A stretch of 63,790 bases of DNA, from positions 1 through 63,790 of the IMG/VR virus record IMGVR_UViG_3300047546_000805; one strand, written 5' to 3'. Below the pieces are notes generated by a model, which saw nothing but the letters and a program-made list of their open reading frames with translations, was not told where the DNA came from and ran no database searches. A program made the translations under genes and the position numbers. This DNA comes from a virus (Duplodnaviria; Caudoviricetes). This document shows, piece by piece, positions 9,020 through 18,477 of the stretch. Position 1 is the stretch's first letter. Each line of letters begins with the position of its first letter.

Positions 9020-10236
9020 TCAGTATGAAATGTTTCTGTCACTACTCCTGAGTTGATGTCCCAATTGAGATACAAACCAAACTCGGAGCCGTGGCGGTTC
9101 TTCCTGCTCACGACCTCCATTGTATCACTTTCTGGTTCTTTATGCACGGCCATAGCCATGTCAGCGTCGTACTCGATAGCCTTTGACCAGGCTACGTGGT
9201 GGAGCATCGGCGGGTCTTTTCTGTCGGACTGCTCTTCCGCCGTCGCAGCGGTAATGTCGATAACCGGAATGTTGTTTCTGGTCGCCAGGCGCTTTAGTTC
9301 TCGTGACACGTTCATGTTACGGACAGTAGCGTTTTCGCTGTTTCTGTTATCGTCCATCAACTGATGGTAGTCAACGATAACGAGGTCTGGCTTGTACTGC
9401 TCGATCTTACCCTGAATAAGGTTCGGGGTGACCGATGCATAGCCCTGGTTAGATACGACGATGAAGTCAGGCTTGTCGGCAAAGTGCTGCTCGCCGTAAC
9501 GCTTGAAGTCATCTATATCTACGTGTCCTCTTACTAGGTCGGAGTTCTTGAATTCTCCCGCCCCGATCACTGTGTAGATTCGGTCACGCATGGTTTCGGG
9601 CGACATTTCAAGACTGACAATTAGCGGCTTGAATCCGGAGCGCCAAGCCTGGGCGGCTACCCAGGCTGTCCACCATGACTTTCCTCGGCCAGGCCAGCCG
9701 ATTACCACGATAAGGTGGCCCGGGGCCATACCAGTAGGATACGAATAGTCGATAGCCTTGATCCCAAGAGGGATACCAACGGAGCCGCCCATAGCGTCGG
9801 CACGCTCTTTTACCTGCTCGTAGTGTCTGGCTGCCGCCTCGTAGTCTGTAATGTTGAGGTCTCGTACGCTGCTGGTGTATCGCTCTAATTCAGCAACGTC
9901 CCTCATCATCTCTTCGATGACTATTTGAGGAGCCTGACCCTTGAGGGACTGGCCGTTTTTTAGCAGAGACGCCCGAATCCTATTTGTCAGGAATTCGTTA
10001 CGTAGTTGGTCTACTAGATATTCTGTCTGTCCAGGGGCGTCGTCGGCAACGAAGTCCGGGTAGCGCTCTTTGACGAGTTCTACGTCTGGTACTGCCTTGT
10101 ACTTCTGGTAGTAGGATTTGATCCCGGCCCAAATGTCTGAGTGCGACTCAAATAAGAAATCGACATTCTCTGAGAAGAGTACGCCGATATCCTTGTTCTT
10201 GCAGATGGATGTTATTACCTGTGCTTCTAGGTTCAC
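9016..10236 (-). CDS. dnaB: Replicative DNA helicase (DnaB-like)
   Basis: GWPGRGKS, VSLEMS, VIVDYHQLM, IEYDAD, KNRHG. Confidence 0.95.
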   Translation of the reverse strand: MNLEAQVITSICKNKDIGVLFSENVDFLFESHSDIWAGIKSYYQKYKAVPDVELVKERYPDFVADDAPGQTEYLVDQLRNEFLTNRIRASLLKNGQSLKGQAPQIVIEEMMRDVAELERYTSSVRDLNITDYEAAARHYEQVKERADAMGGSVGIPLGIKAIDYSYPTGMAPGHLIVVIGWPGRGKSWWTAWVAAQAWRSGFKPLIVSLEMSPETMRDRIYTVIGAGEFKNSDLVRGHVDIDDFKRYGEQHFADKPDFIVVSNQGYASVTPNLIQGKIEQYKPDLVIVDYHQLMDDNRNSENATVRNMNVSRELKRLATRNNIPVIDITAATAEEQSDRKDPPMLHHVAWSKAIEYDADMAMAVHKEPESDTMEVVSRKNRHGSEFGLYLNWDINSGVVTETFHTE

Positions 10237-10562
10237 TCGTTATCCCTTTCCTTGACCAGTCGCTCTGTCCGCTCACGAATGCGACGGCGGCGTTCCCGAT
10301 CATCCCGAATTGCTTGAATTTCTACGTAAAGATTGTCAAAGTTATTGAAGAGCCAGCCCGTTGTGTGGTTTGCGCGGGCAAGTCCGAAGTAGTGCTTGAT
10401 GACCTCTACGGACTCATCATACCCTATGGACTCTATCATGTCCAAGAACCCCCACCTAAGTTGATACTTGTTCACGACCGGCTTTTTGCCGTACTTCTCG
10501 CTATAGAGCAAGGCGTACAGATCAATTAATTGATAGGGTCGTCTGTCCTGCTTCGCTGTCAT
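10233..10562 (-). CDS. Hypothetical protein (possible helicase loader, by position only)
   Basis: 109 aa, coupled to the dnaB start. Confidence 0.55.
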   Translation of the reverse strand: MTAKQDRRPYQLIDLYALLYSEKYGKKPVVNKYQLRWGFLDMIESIGYDESVEVIKHYFGLARANHTTGWLFNNFDNLYVEIQAIRDDRERRRRIRERTERLVKERDNE

Positions 10563-10776
10563 CGTGGTAAAAACCTATCCTCTGCTTAGTCTCTGCTGAT
10601 GTATCCGGGTCTAGGAGTGCCGCTATGATCAACCACCCGTTCGCCGCCTCCAATGCTACCTTACCATCGTTGGTGACCTTGGCTATCTTTAAAGCCTCGT
10701 CTAGCGTGGATGCTGCGCGTGCTAGAGCCTCTGCGGTGTCTAGCGTTTTCTTGGCTGTCAAAACTTGTTCCTCCAA
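10522..10776 (-). CDS. Hypothetical protein
   Basis: 84 aa helical ORF in the operon. Confidence 0.5.
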   Translation of the reverse strand: MEEQVLTAKKTLDTAEALARAASTLDEALKIAKVTNDGKVALEAANGWLIIAALLDPDTSAETKQRIGFYHDDSEAGQTTLSIN

Positions 10777-11276
10777 ATAGGAATCATCTCGCCGTCCACT
10801 TCCTCATAGAGGATCGTGGCCTTGTTTATTTTTGCCTCTAATTCTGCTGCGGTCGGCAGTGAACTTCTAGGTGTAATGATACCATCCTTCCTAGGTCTGC
10901 CTCGGTGAACCTCTGACATTGCGTCTCTGATTTCTCGAACGTGGTCCTCTGAGAACAGGCGCATTTGTCTTTTTGGTTCATAAGACCGATCAAACCCCGC
11001 CCAGCGGGGGGCGGGGCTGATCAAGCCTTCTCGCTCATACTTCATGATATTGCCAGGTCGTACGCCTAACATCTTGGCTACCTGACCAATCTTGAATGCT
11101 TGCTGAGCGTGCTTTCTGACATCGCTAAAGAGAAACTGCTTGTACTCGCCAGTCTCAACATCCATAACGGATATTATGTTTGTTCTGCTATTAGCATAGA
11201 CAGACCTGTATAAACGGCCATTCAGGAAAAAGAATCGGTACCGTTTAGATTTGTAATCTCCGCTCGTTGTAGCCAT
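10758..11276 (-). CDS. MerR-like helix-turn-helix DNA-binding protein with AT-hook
   Basis: FKIGQVAKMLGVRPGNIMKYEREGLI...RLFSEDHV; RGRPRK AT-hook. Confidence 0.8.
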   Translation of the reverse strand: MATTSGDYKSKRYRFFFLNGRLYRSVYANSRTNIISVMDVETGEYKQFLFSDVRKHAQQAFKIGQVAKMLGVRPGNIMKYEREGLISPAPRWAGFDRSYEPKRQMRLFSEDHVREIRDAMSEVHRGRPRKDGIITPRSSLPTAAELEAKINKATILYEEVDGEMIPIWRNKF

Positions 11277-11416
11277 GTCGTAAATGAATTACCCTTGTTT
11301 GTTGGTAGGAACCATCTGGTTCCGCATAGAAGACAGAATGTTTCTATCCTCTTATCTTGTGGGTAGAGGCGGTCAACAAATACCGCCCCTCCGCACTTCC
11401 GGTGTGACATTATCAC
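11222..11416 (-). CDS. Small zinc-ribbon protein
   Basis: HRKCGGAVFVDR...ETFCLLCG. Confidence 0.65.
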   Translation of the reverse strand: MIMSHRKCGGAVFVDRLYPQDKRIETFCLLCGTRWFLPTNKGNSFTTWLQRAEITNLNGTDSFS

Positions 11417-11760
11417 TCGTTGCCGTCCTCTGGTGCCGGTGGCTCCTCGTCTGGCGGTGTAATTCCTCTGTCACCAACAGACTGAAGAGCGCTGTCAATG
11501 AAGTTCAGCGGCTTGCCCTCATCGAACAAGAACTGGTAAATACCCTGCTGTAGACCGTAGACTACGAAGATCGCTCCCGAAATGTCCTTGACGCTGGAGA
11601 AATCTCCTGTCACGACGGCGGCTACTACACCACCAACTACGGAAACAACCAAGGCGATTACCTGCTTTACAGTCGTGCTCAGCCAACTAAACTTTAGAAG
11701 GCCTGTGGCTAGAACGGCAATGGCTGCCGTGGCTAGTAGTGCAATTGTTCCTATATCCAT
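11413..11760 (-). CDS. Holin-like membrane protein
   Basis: Two or three hydrophobic segments and an acidic C-terminus; GGAGG RBS. Confidence 0.6.
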   Translation of the reverse strand: MDIGTIALLATAAIAVLATGLLKFSWLSTTVKQVIALVVSVVGGVVAAVVTGDFSSVKDISGAIFVVYGLQQGIYQFLFDEGKPLNFIDSALQSVGDRGITPPDEEPPAPEDGNE

Positions 11761-11772
11761 TATACCCTCCTC

Positions 11773-12588
11773 TCAGCCCTTGAAAACTTTCCCGTCCACT
11801 ACACAGGTGTAATCCTGTGTGATGTGGATTGTTTGTATGTGGGGGTAGAGCCCATCCTTGGTACCCGCCCCGCTTACGACGTGCGCTATGGCAAATCCTT
11901 TCTGCCAGTTCTTCACGTTCGTATACATCATTTTATCATTGGTCTCGTCACTAAGATGCCCGATCTCGTATCCTCGCACCGTTTCTGATCGCAGTTCGTA
12001 GGTTTTGAAGTAATCTCCGATACGGTGGCTGTGTCCTCTGACCAGCGACACATTCCAGTTCTCCACGTCTTTCTTGACCGACTCTCCTGAGTTCTGAGAG
12101 ATAGCGACTCCGTGGTGTACAAAGATGTCACCAAAACGGTGCTTGGGGAGTTGGTCGTAGTAGGTGTACGTAATGCCTAGGTTATCCAGGCCCCACAAAG
12201 ATTCGGGGGTGATGTACTGGGCATACTCTGGAAGTTTCTTATCAAAGTAATCAAAGACCCTAATGTCGTGATTGCCTAGTGACGAGTGTACGTCTGCATT
12301 CGGCGCGGTCTTCCTCACTTGTTCGTAGAAGTCTCTAGCGCCTGCCGCCTCGACCTGGGCGGCGGGGAGGATCAGGTGACCGTCACCTAACTTGTGATGG
12401 TTAGCAAACTCTGCTGGTCGTCCCTCTGTGTATCTGGAGTAGCAGTCCTGATCATCGATGTCTCCAACCAAGTCTACCGCATCTGGCTTGAACCACTTCA
12501 TAACCTTGAAGAAAAGGTCAACGGCGCGGGCGTCATGGTAGGGGAACTGGGTGTCAGACCCTAGCATCCATTTCATATCGTTACTCAT
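11773..12588 (-). CDS. Calcineurin-like metallophosphoesterase
   Basis: SDTQFP, GDIDD, GNHD, HHG and GHSH motifs. Confidence 0.88.
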   Translation of the reverse strand: MSNDMKWMLGSDTQFPYHDARAVDLFFKVMKWFKPDAVDLVGDIDDQDCYSRYTEGRPAEFANHHKLGDGHLILPAAQVEAAGARDFYEQVRKTAPNADVHSSLGNHDIRVFDYFDKKLPEYAQYITPESLWGLDNLGITYTYYDQLPKHRFGDIFVHHGVAISQNSGESVKKDVENWNVSLVRGHSHRIGDYFKTYELRSETVRGYEIGHLSDETNDKMMYTNVKNWQKGFAIAHVVSGAGTKDGLYPHIQTIHITQDYTCVVDGKVFKG

Positions 12589-12602
12589 AGGTCACCAGTC
12601 TA

Positions 12603-12860
12603 TCACAGATGAGCCTTCTTGTGCTCATCCTCAGAACAAACGAAAAGGTTACAAACCCTGTTGTCGGTTTTTATCTCATTGATGTGGTGTACGGTTTCCC
12701 AGGTTTCTAGCACTCGCTTAGAATCCTTTTCCATGACAAGGCGGTGTTCGTAGTACCAGCCTTTAAAATTCTTTGGGTGTTCTGGAACCCATACAAGGAC
12801 GTAGCCATCGTAGTGCTTCTTCTTGCGACCGTCCCACTTTTGTAGAGGAAAGTATATCAT
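12603..12860 (-). CDS. HNH endonuclease
   Basis: EHRLVME...VHHINEIKTDNRVCNL...H. Confidence 0.85.
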   Translation of the reverse strand: MIYFPLQKWDGRKKKHYDGYVLVWVPEHPKNFKGWYYEHRLVMEKDSKRVLETWETVHHINEIKTDNRVCNLFVCSEDEHKKAHL

Positions 12861-13273
12861 ACACCCTGGACGGAGTGCCAGTAAAGAATTGCACTTGTCT
12901 GCTTTGTCTTATCTAGCGCTACGACGCGAACCTTGGCGGCGCGGTAGCCTGGCGTCCATCCTGTGATAAAAGCAAAGGTCGGGTACCTGCTTTGAGTTGT
13001 CAAGGTGATGATCGGTGGCCCAGGATCGGCCGCGCTCGGCATCTTGATCTCGTAGACATCGCTAATACCCTTAAACTTTTTAGGGAGTGGAAACATTCCG
13101 GCGAAGATTCTTGTCTGATCGTTTGACGATGTAGCAACGACTTTACCATTAGGATATCTTATGCGAATCCTAGGCATTACGTCCGCTAGCCATTTGTCAT
13201 TATCGACCAGTCTGTTAAGACTGTCGGCATCTGGGTATACATCAGAGCCGAACCTTGTTGCATTAATTCCCAA
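12857..13273 (-). CDS. Hypothetical protein
   Basis: 138 aa, coupled to its neighbours. Confidence 0.55.
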   Translation of the reverse strand: MGINATRFGSDVYPDADSLNRLVDNDKWLADVMPRIRIRYPNGKVVATSSNDQTRIFAGMFPLPKKFKGISDVYEIKMPSAADPGPPIITLTTQSRYPTFAFITGWTPGYRAAKVRVVALDKTKQTSAILYWHSVQGV

Positions 13274-13682
13274 TTGGGTCTCCGTCCTCGTGAATGTTAA
13301 TCTCAGCCTCAGAAACTAGCAGGATCTCTAGCCCTAGAGAATCCAGAATATCTGGATCCGTGACTAGTCTTTTCCTGCTGTCTGACACTAGGTATATTTT
13401 ACCATCAACTATGTTCTGAATCAAAGTGCCGTCTCTGAACCCCACCGGCCCCGAGATTACCCAGCCAGCGACCCACTTTTTCTCGATCTTGATTGCTGGA
13501 AGAGACCACGACTCGAAGGCTCTATCGGAAAAGAACTTCATGAGAAGCGAGCGGGAGCGGTCAGTCCGCGACCGCTTCACCAGATATCGTACACCATCGA
13601 ATTCCACGACGATGCCGTTTGGCGGTGTAAAAGGCACAACCCGCTTATTAGTATCTACAGTATCTTTTCTCTTGAAGAACAT
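13263..13682 (-). CDS. Conserved hypothetical protein
   Basis: GFRDGTLIQNIVDGKIYLVS...H.DG; first gene after a promoter. Confidence 0.65.
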   Translation of the reverse strand: MFFKRKDTVDTNKRVVPFTPPNGIVVEFDGVRYLVKRSRTDRSRSLLMKFFSDRAFESWSLPAIKIEKKWVAGWVISGPVGFRDGTLIQNIVDGKIYLVSDSRKRLVTDPDILDSLGLEILLVSEAEINIHEDGDPIGN

Positions 13683-13723
13683 ATGTATCCTTATAGTATA
13701 TATTATTATATATGTATATATAG

Positions 13724-13752
13724 AGGGTAGCAGTCGCTAGTTTTCTTGTCAA
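13724..13752 (-). promoter_or_regulatory. Sigma70/HrdB-type promoter for the replication operon
   Basis: TTGACA-N17-TACCCT with TG extension, followed by an almost pure A/T leader. Confidence 0.7.
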
Positions 13753-13755
13753 GCA

Positions 13756-13953
13756 TCATAGCGGAATACCCCAGCCAATAAAGTTTGTTTGCACGTTTTC
13801 AACCGACGCCAGTACCTCTGCTGCTACAGTTGCTACGCGAGCCTTCGGCGTGACATTGATCAGAACTTCCGCCGCGCCTGCGGCGACTCGCAGTTTTGGT
13901 GTAGCATTGATCAGAACTTCTGCCGCATTTGTGGCTACCCTTAGAACGGTCAT
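13756..13953 (-). CDS. Small protein made of three 17-aa repeats
   Basis: LRVATNAAEVLINATPK / LRVAAGAAEVLINVTPK / ARVATVAAEVLASVEN. Confidence 0.65.
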   Translation of the reverse strand: MTVLRVATNAAEVLINATPKLRVAAGAAEVLINVTPKARVATVAAEVLASVENVQTNFIGWGIPL

Positions 13954-14948
13954 ACTGTTTCCGCACCGATTTGTAGACTGTCCACGTTGGCGTTAGTCCA
14001 TGCAACACCGCTGTTTGGGTTTGTTTCATAAATCGTCATGTATGAGTCATATGCGGTGGACAGAGCAGTGGTAGCCCCGTTGTACGTCGTGCCGCCGATC
14101 TTGATGATTGGCTTAATAGATCTAGCACCAGCATCGTCCTTCGCAGCAATAACAGTATTCTGTACTGCAAAGATTGTGGCCGGAGTGCTGCCTAGACTCT
14201 GAATGTTGTATAGATCACCCTCTGCTGCCACGTCACCATCAACGTAATCTGCTGTAGAATACGGAACCTCGTCTACAAGCAAGTAGTTGTCTGTAGAGTT
14301 TCCATCAGATCCAGTCATTTCGCTGCGGTCACCGTTAGCGTTTGGCATTAATGTATATACTCTAACATCTCCAAGGAAGTTGTTGTTTGTTGATCCAAGG
14401 GAGTTTAGTACATACAGGTCGTCAAAGTTCATGTTTGTTCCAGCACCAGAAACTCCAACCCTCACCTGATCTATGGTGCTATTTGTTCCAGCATTTTTTG
14501 TGTCTCCGGAAAAATTAATAGAGTTTGTTGTGGAGCCGTCGAATCTCACCTTTGCTATTCCGGTAGAATCATTAACCTTTACTTGAGCCTCTATATAGTG
14601 CCACCCAATGCCGAGTGTCCCGGCAGCAACAGACCCAAGTATGGTTCCAGACGTACTGCCCCTCCTGGCCGTAACACTACCATCTGTTTCTAAAACTATA
14701 CTGACATGCTGAGTGGTTCCACCATCACCATAAAAATATATTACTCCGCGATCATCACCTATCCTTGCTGCGACTCCGACCGTAACGGTGTCCGATGCCG
14801 TTATATTTACGTTTCCTACGCCGCCGTTTTGCCCTCCGAACGCCCTCCCATAACTAAATCTGGTGCTTGTATTAGTGCTTCCAACAGAGTTAGCAAATTT
14901 TAGGTCTTCATCGCCAAGATCAAAACCATCCATATGTAGTAATGTCAT
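13950..14948 (-). CDS. Minor tail protein, LamG/ConA-like lectin fold
   Basis: MTLLHMDGFD...WHYIEAQV...FDDLYV...FLGDVRV; G/T/S-rich. Confidence 0.6.
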   Translation of the reverse strand: MTLLHMDGFDLGDEDLKFANSVGSTNTSTRFSYGRAFGGQNGGVGNVNITASDTVTVGVAARIGDDRGVIYFYGDGGTTQHVSIVLETDGSVTARRGSTSGTILGSVAAGTLGIGWHYIEAQVKVNDSTGIAKVRFDGSTTNSINFSGDTKNAGTNSTIDQVRVGVSGAGTNMNFDDLYVLNSLGSTNNNFLGDVRVYTLMPNANGDRSEMTGSDGNSTDNYLLVDEVPYSTADYVDGDVAAEGDLYNIQSLGSTPATIFAVQNTVIAAKDDAGARSIKPIIKIGGTTYNGATTALSTAYDSYMTIYETNPNSGVAWTNANVDSLQIGAETV

Positions 14949-16282
14949 GTTTCCCTTATCCTTACGTAAACTGTTAGATCTTTAGCCGCCCCCGCGTCAC
15001 CCTGGTCGATATCTACCGTAAGGTAGTCTCCTGCGGCTAGCGAGGTAACGTCCATATTCGTTACCGCCCCGGATGTAAAGTTTGAGGTGGTAATCGTTGG
15101 TCTGTTTCCCTGTGTGGTGAATATCGTAGTCCCGTTCTTGTTTATGTCGCAAATCACGCTCGATGTAGTCGGTGCCACACCAAGTCCGGTTCTGACCTCA
15201 AGCAGAGTTCCGGCTTTCGACACGTACCTTCGGTGCGTTCCGGAGTATGTTGAGTTGACGAGGCCGGTATATGAGAACTCGTACTCTATGATATTGTCAA
15301 TATCTACCGTAACATCTACACCGCTGTTTGTTGCTACAACGGCTGACCCGGTGAAGTTGATAGATTCTGCTGCTGCTGTTAGACTGCTACCCTCATCAAA
15401 TATCTCTAGCGCACTACCACTACCGCCAGGAATTGTTACAATTACCTCCCCGGTTCCGGAGGTTACGGTTACCCCGGCACCCTGGAAATCAATTTGCGTT
15501 ACGTCAGTAGAAACATTTGCGTTCTCATCTTGGACGACTAAGCCGTCAACAGTTACATCAACAGTAGAACTATTAGCCAGTACAAAATTTACACTATATT
15601 CGTTATGAATACTGACTGCGCGTATTTTGAAGTATTTTGTATCTGTTCCACCAGACCCGGATGTCCAAACAAAGGAGTCGTTGTTGGTGACCGCTATTCT
15701 GTTTGTGAATGTTGCTGTGTCCGGTGTAAAACCTGACGTATCACCAGCATATATTTCATATTCTTTGATTGCTACATTTGTAACTCTGTTCCATGCTAGT
15801 CTAATAGCCCCGACAGATCCGGTAGCGGTGAATCCAGTAACGTCAGACGGTGATGGGGCGCTGACGTTCGCCGTGCTTGGAGTGGCAGATTCATTACCGC
15901 TAAGATCGACTGCGATTACTGAAATAGATACATTATCCCCGACCCCGAGCCTGCTGAGGAAGTCGTCAGATGTTACTATGTATTCGTTATCTGATGTTGT
16001 AGCAGTGTACGAGTTTGTTCCGTCGCTTATGGTAACTTCATAGTTTTTGATGTCATAGGCCGGGCTAGCGTCAGCATTTGTTGTTACGTCAGGCCATGTA
16101 AATTTGAATGACTGGTTAGTGTATGTTGCCGTCACCGTCCCGACGTTTGCTGGTATGCTGGTGTCGCTAGGGATGGTTACATAGAATGCTGGTGACCAGT
16201 CTGATGTTTCTTCTTCGTTATAACTACGAATCTGGAATACGTATCTGGCACCGGGCCGGAGTTTGTCTATGCGATATTCCAT
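14945..16282 (-). CDS. Minor tail protein with fibronectin type III repeats
   Basis: LRPGARYVFQIRS..SDWS; FTWPDV..YEV..AVDLSGNES; LAWN..YEIY..YFKIRAV. Confidence 0.75.
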   Translation of the reverse strand: MEYRIDKLRPGARYVFQIRSYNEEETSDWSPAFYVTIPSDTSIPANVGTVTATYTNQSFKFTWPDVTTNADASPAYDIKNYEVTISDGTNSYTATTSDNEYIVTSDDFLSRLGVGDNVSISVIAVDLSGNESATPSTANVSAPSPSDVTGFTATGSVGAIRLAWNRVTNVAIKEYEIYAGDTSGFTPDTATFTNRIAVTNNDSFVWTSGSGGTDTKYFKIRAVSIHNEYSVNFVLANSSTVDVTVDGLVVQDENANVSTDVTQIDFQGAGVTVTSGTGEVIVTIPGGSGSALEIFDEGSSLTAAAESINFTGSAVVATNSGVDVTVDIDNIIEYEFSYTGLVNSTYSGTHRRYVSKAGTLLEVRTGLGVAPTTSSVICDINKNGTTIFTTQGNRPTITTSNFTSGAVTNMDVTSLAAGDYLTVDIDQGDAGAAKDLTVYVRIRET

Positions 16283-17211
16283 TACAGATCCAAGAAGTAT
16301 TCGATATCCATTTCGGAACCAGCCGTCTTGGTCTTCGGAACTCCGAGCACCGAGCGGCTAACTAGTACGATATCGCTGTCTGAACTGTCGGCATCATCTA
16401 CTCTGATTCCGTCTATTGCTATCGCTGCTACACCAGCCGAGCCCACATTAATTCCGATTGATGAAATGTTCGCCCAGTCAGGTGTTCCTGTAGCGGTGAA
16501 TAGCGACTTTGTGTATGAGGAGACGGTGTATGTATTAGCCGCCCCGCCAACAATTGTTGCTACCGCTGGGCTATACGCGAAGTAGTTGGAGTCGTCCGTA
16601 TAGAATCTAATGGCGACTGAGGTTACAGTACCTGTCGTATAGTATGCTGCAAAAGTGAACTTGTCGGTAGAGGTGTACATGCTGAGGTCCAGATTACCTG
16701 TGTTGAGGCGGTAGTTTGTAGTGGCCGCGTTGGTTTCTAGTTTCACCGCGTCCGTTCCAATTCTTGCATAGGTTGTGTCCGCTACCGTGGCAATGTCGAT
16801 CCAACTACCACCCGAATATACCTCCCAGTCCTCTTCAAACATTCCCGCTAGCAATTGAGCGGAAGCAGAGCCAGAGACATTAGCGGCTACGGAATACACA
16901 CCTAATTCCCTGATGGACCCAGCAACCTGTGCGGGAATAGTGGCTTTGGCTATGATCCTGTGACTTCCGCCCGCCCCGCCCCCATAAAGTACCGCCATAG
17001 CAGTGACCTCTTGGCGATCAAACTCCATTACTAAGATTTCATCTGCTGCTGCTGGAAGAACAGTGCCAGAACCAATGGCTATAGCGCCAGCCCAACTTGG
17101 TACCAGGCCAGCAAGGTAGGCGGCGATTGTCTTTTCGCCCTCTGTTGTGATGAGGTTTTCATATCGGCCAACCTCTTCGCCGTCAACTTTTAAAACGTAT
17201 GTTCCGCGCAT
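16282..17211 (-). CDS. Minor tail / baseplate protein
   Basis: ENLITTEG...IAIGSG...IRELGVY...SRSVL..PKTK...IEY pattern of phage baseplate and fibre-anchor proteins. Confidence 0.7.
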   Translation of the reverse strand: MRGTYVLKVDGEEVGRYENLITTEGEKTIAAYLAGLVPSWAGAIAIGSGTVLPAAADEILVMEFDRQEVTAMAVLYGGGAGGSHRIIAKATIPAQVAGSIRELGVYSVAANVSGSASAQLLAGMFEEDWEVYSGGSWIDIATVADTTYARIGTDAVKLETNAATTNYRLNTGNLDLSMYTSTDKFTFAAYYTTGTVTSVAIRFYTDDSNYFAYSPAVATIVGGAANTYTVSSYTKSLFTATGTPDWANISSIGINVGSAGVAAIAIDGIRVDDADSSDSDIVLVSRSVLGVPKTKTAGSEMDIEYFLDL

Positions 17212-17217
17212 AATTGT

Positions 17218-17246
17218 ATGTTACCACCAAACACGGTTTAACACAA
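17218..17246 (-). promoter_or_regulatory. Promoter for a leaderless transcript
   Basis: TTGTGT-N17-TAACAT (TG-extended), 6 nt before the ATG at 17211. Confidence 0.5.
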
Positions 17247-17248
17247 GG

Positions 17249-18196
17249 CTACGACACAGTGAAGTATACTGTTGCGCCCTCTCCAGCCCCGTCTATTCCT
17301 GTTATAACCATATCAAAATCTGTATGAATATTACCGTCTGCCATGGCGTAACCAACTGATGCACCGACACCTTGTCCGTAGAAAACTCCCTTTATGCTGC
17401 GAATATAGTCACCAGAGAACCCGTAGTCGGTTTTTGTAGAATCGGGGTGATAAGAATCCAGTCCATCATTTTCTCCGGCCACGGCGGTCACTACAAGTTT
17501 TCCGGCCGGTATAGATACAGTAGGTGTGCTTGCTGGATTGGGCGGTGGATTTCCGGGGGCTCCATCTAACACGCCAAATGAGCCGCCCTCGTAAATTATA
17601 CCATTTTGCAATCCGTGGACAACTATAAGAATAAATTGCCCATCATCTGTTAAACTGCCTGTGTCATCGTGACTTATCGTTGTTGATACACCAACACCGG
17701 AACCAATCCAGACAGCAACAAGTTTAGAGTCCTCATGAACACTAATACCGGCACCGAATCCATCAACTTTTGTCCAGGTGTCAAAGCCGCCGTAGACCCC
17801 GTTCAGGTGGCCCCGTGTTATGATAATTCCGTAGTCAGTTTCTAGTGGTAGAGAGCCCAGGACTATTTCATTTAGCCCCGGGTTTACATAATCTGATGTG
17901 TAAAGATCATAGTCATATGTAATTAGTTCATACTGGTTGTCGTCGGCCACAAGATCCATTCTTACCTGATAGCCGCCCGCTCCTGATATTTCGTCAAATT
18001 CTATAATCAGGTTCGACCATGTTTCTCCGGTAACATCTTTTTCCGCTGTCAGCGATTTGATAGTAATGGGCCAGGGGAAATCGAGACCACCTAGAGCGTC
18101 CTCGATTTCCTCTATCTCAAAACTCGACGCGCCGAGAAGCCTTTCTAGTTCTTGAAGAGCATTTTCAGTCCAAATTATCTTTTTAGCATCTGTCAT
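17249..18196 (-). CDS. Tail-tip protein: shared N-terminal module (copy 3) plus beta-rich C-terminal domain
   Basis: IIWTENALQELERLLG...FPWPITIK...NLIIEFDEISGAGGYQVRM, then about 220 unique residues. Confidence 0.6.
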   Translation of the reverse strand: MTDAKKIIWTENALQELERLLGASSFEIEEIEDALGGLDFPWPITIKSLTAEKDVTGETWSNLIIEFDEISGAGGYQVRMDLVADDNQYELITYDYDLYTSDYVNPGLNEIVLGSLPLETDYGIIITRGHLNGVYGGFDTWTKVDGFGAGISVHEDSKLVAVWIGSGVGVSTTISHDDTGSLTDDGQFILIVVHGLQNGIIYEGGSFGVLDGAPGNPPPNPASTPTVSIPAGKLVVTAVAGENDGLDSYHPDSTKTDYGFSGDYIRSIKGVFYGQGVGASVGYAMADGNIHTDFDMVITGIDGAGEGATVYFTVS

Positions 18197-18477
18197 GCCA
18201 AAACCTCGTATTGATTGTCATCATCTAGCAGGGTCATTCTTATTTCGTATGCTCCTGCCCCGGATATTTCATCAAATTCTATTATCAGATTTACCCAGGC
18301 AACTCCTTCTACGTCAACCTCAACAATCAAATCCTTAACAGTAATAGGCCATGGGAAATCTATACCGCCTAAACTATCCTCAAGATCAGCAACATCTATT
18401 TCTGGTCTAGCGCCCAGCAGTCTCTCCAACTCCTGTAGAGCGTTTTCCCCCCAAATTATCTTTTCAGAATTAATCAC
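18193..18477 (-). CDS. Tail-tip protein: stand-alone shared module (copy 2)
   Basis: 94 aa consisting only of the module. Confidence 0.6.
   Translation of the reverse strand: MINSEKIIWGENALQELERLLGARPEIDVADLEDSLGGIDFPWPITVKDLIVEVDVEGVAWVNLIIEFDEISGAGAYEIRMTLLDDDNQYEVLA

Noticed and set aside
1454-10236. Inteins in RecA, DnaE or DnaB (also NrdJ at 53098-55035)
   Set aside because: Lengths are normal and no C...HN splice motifs interrupt conserved blocks.
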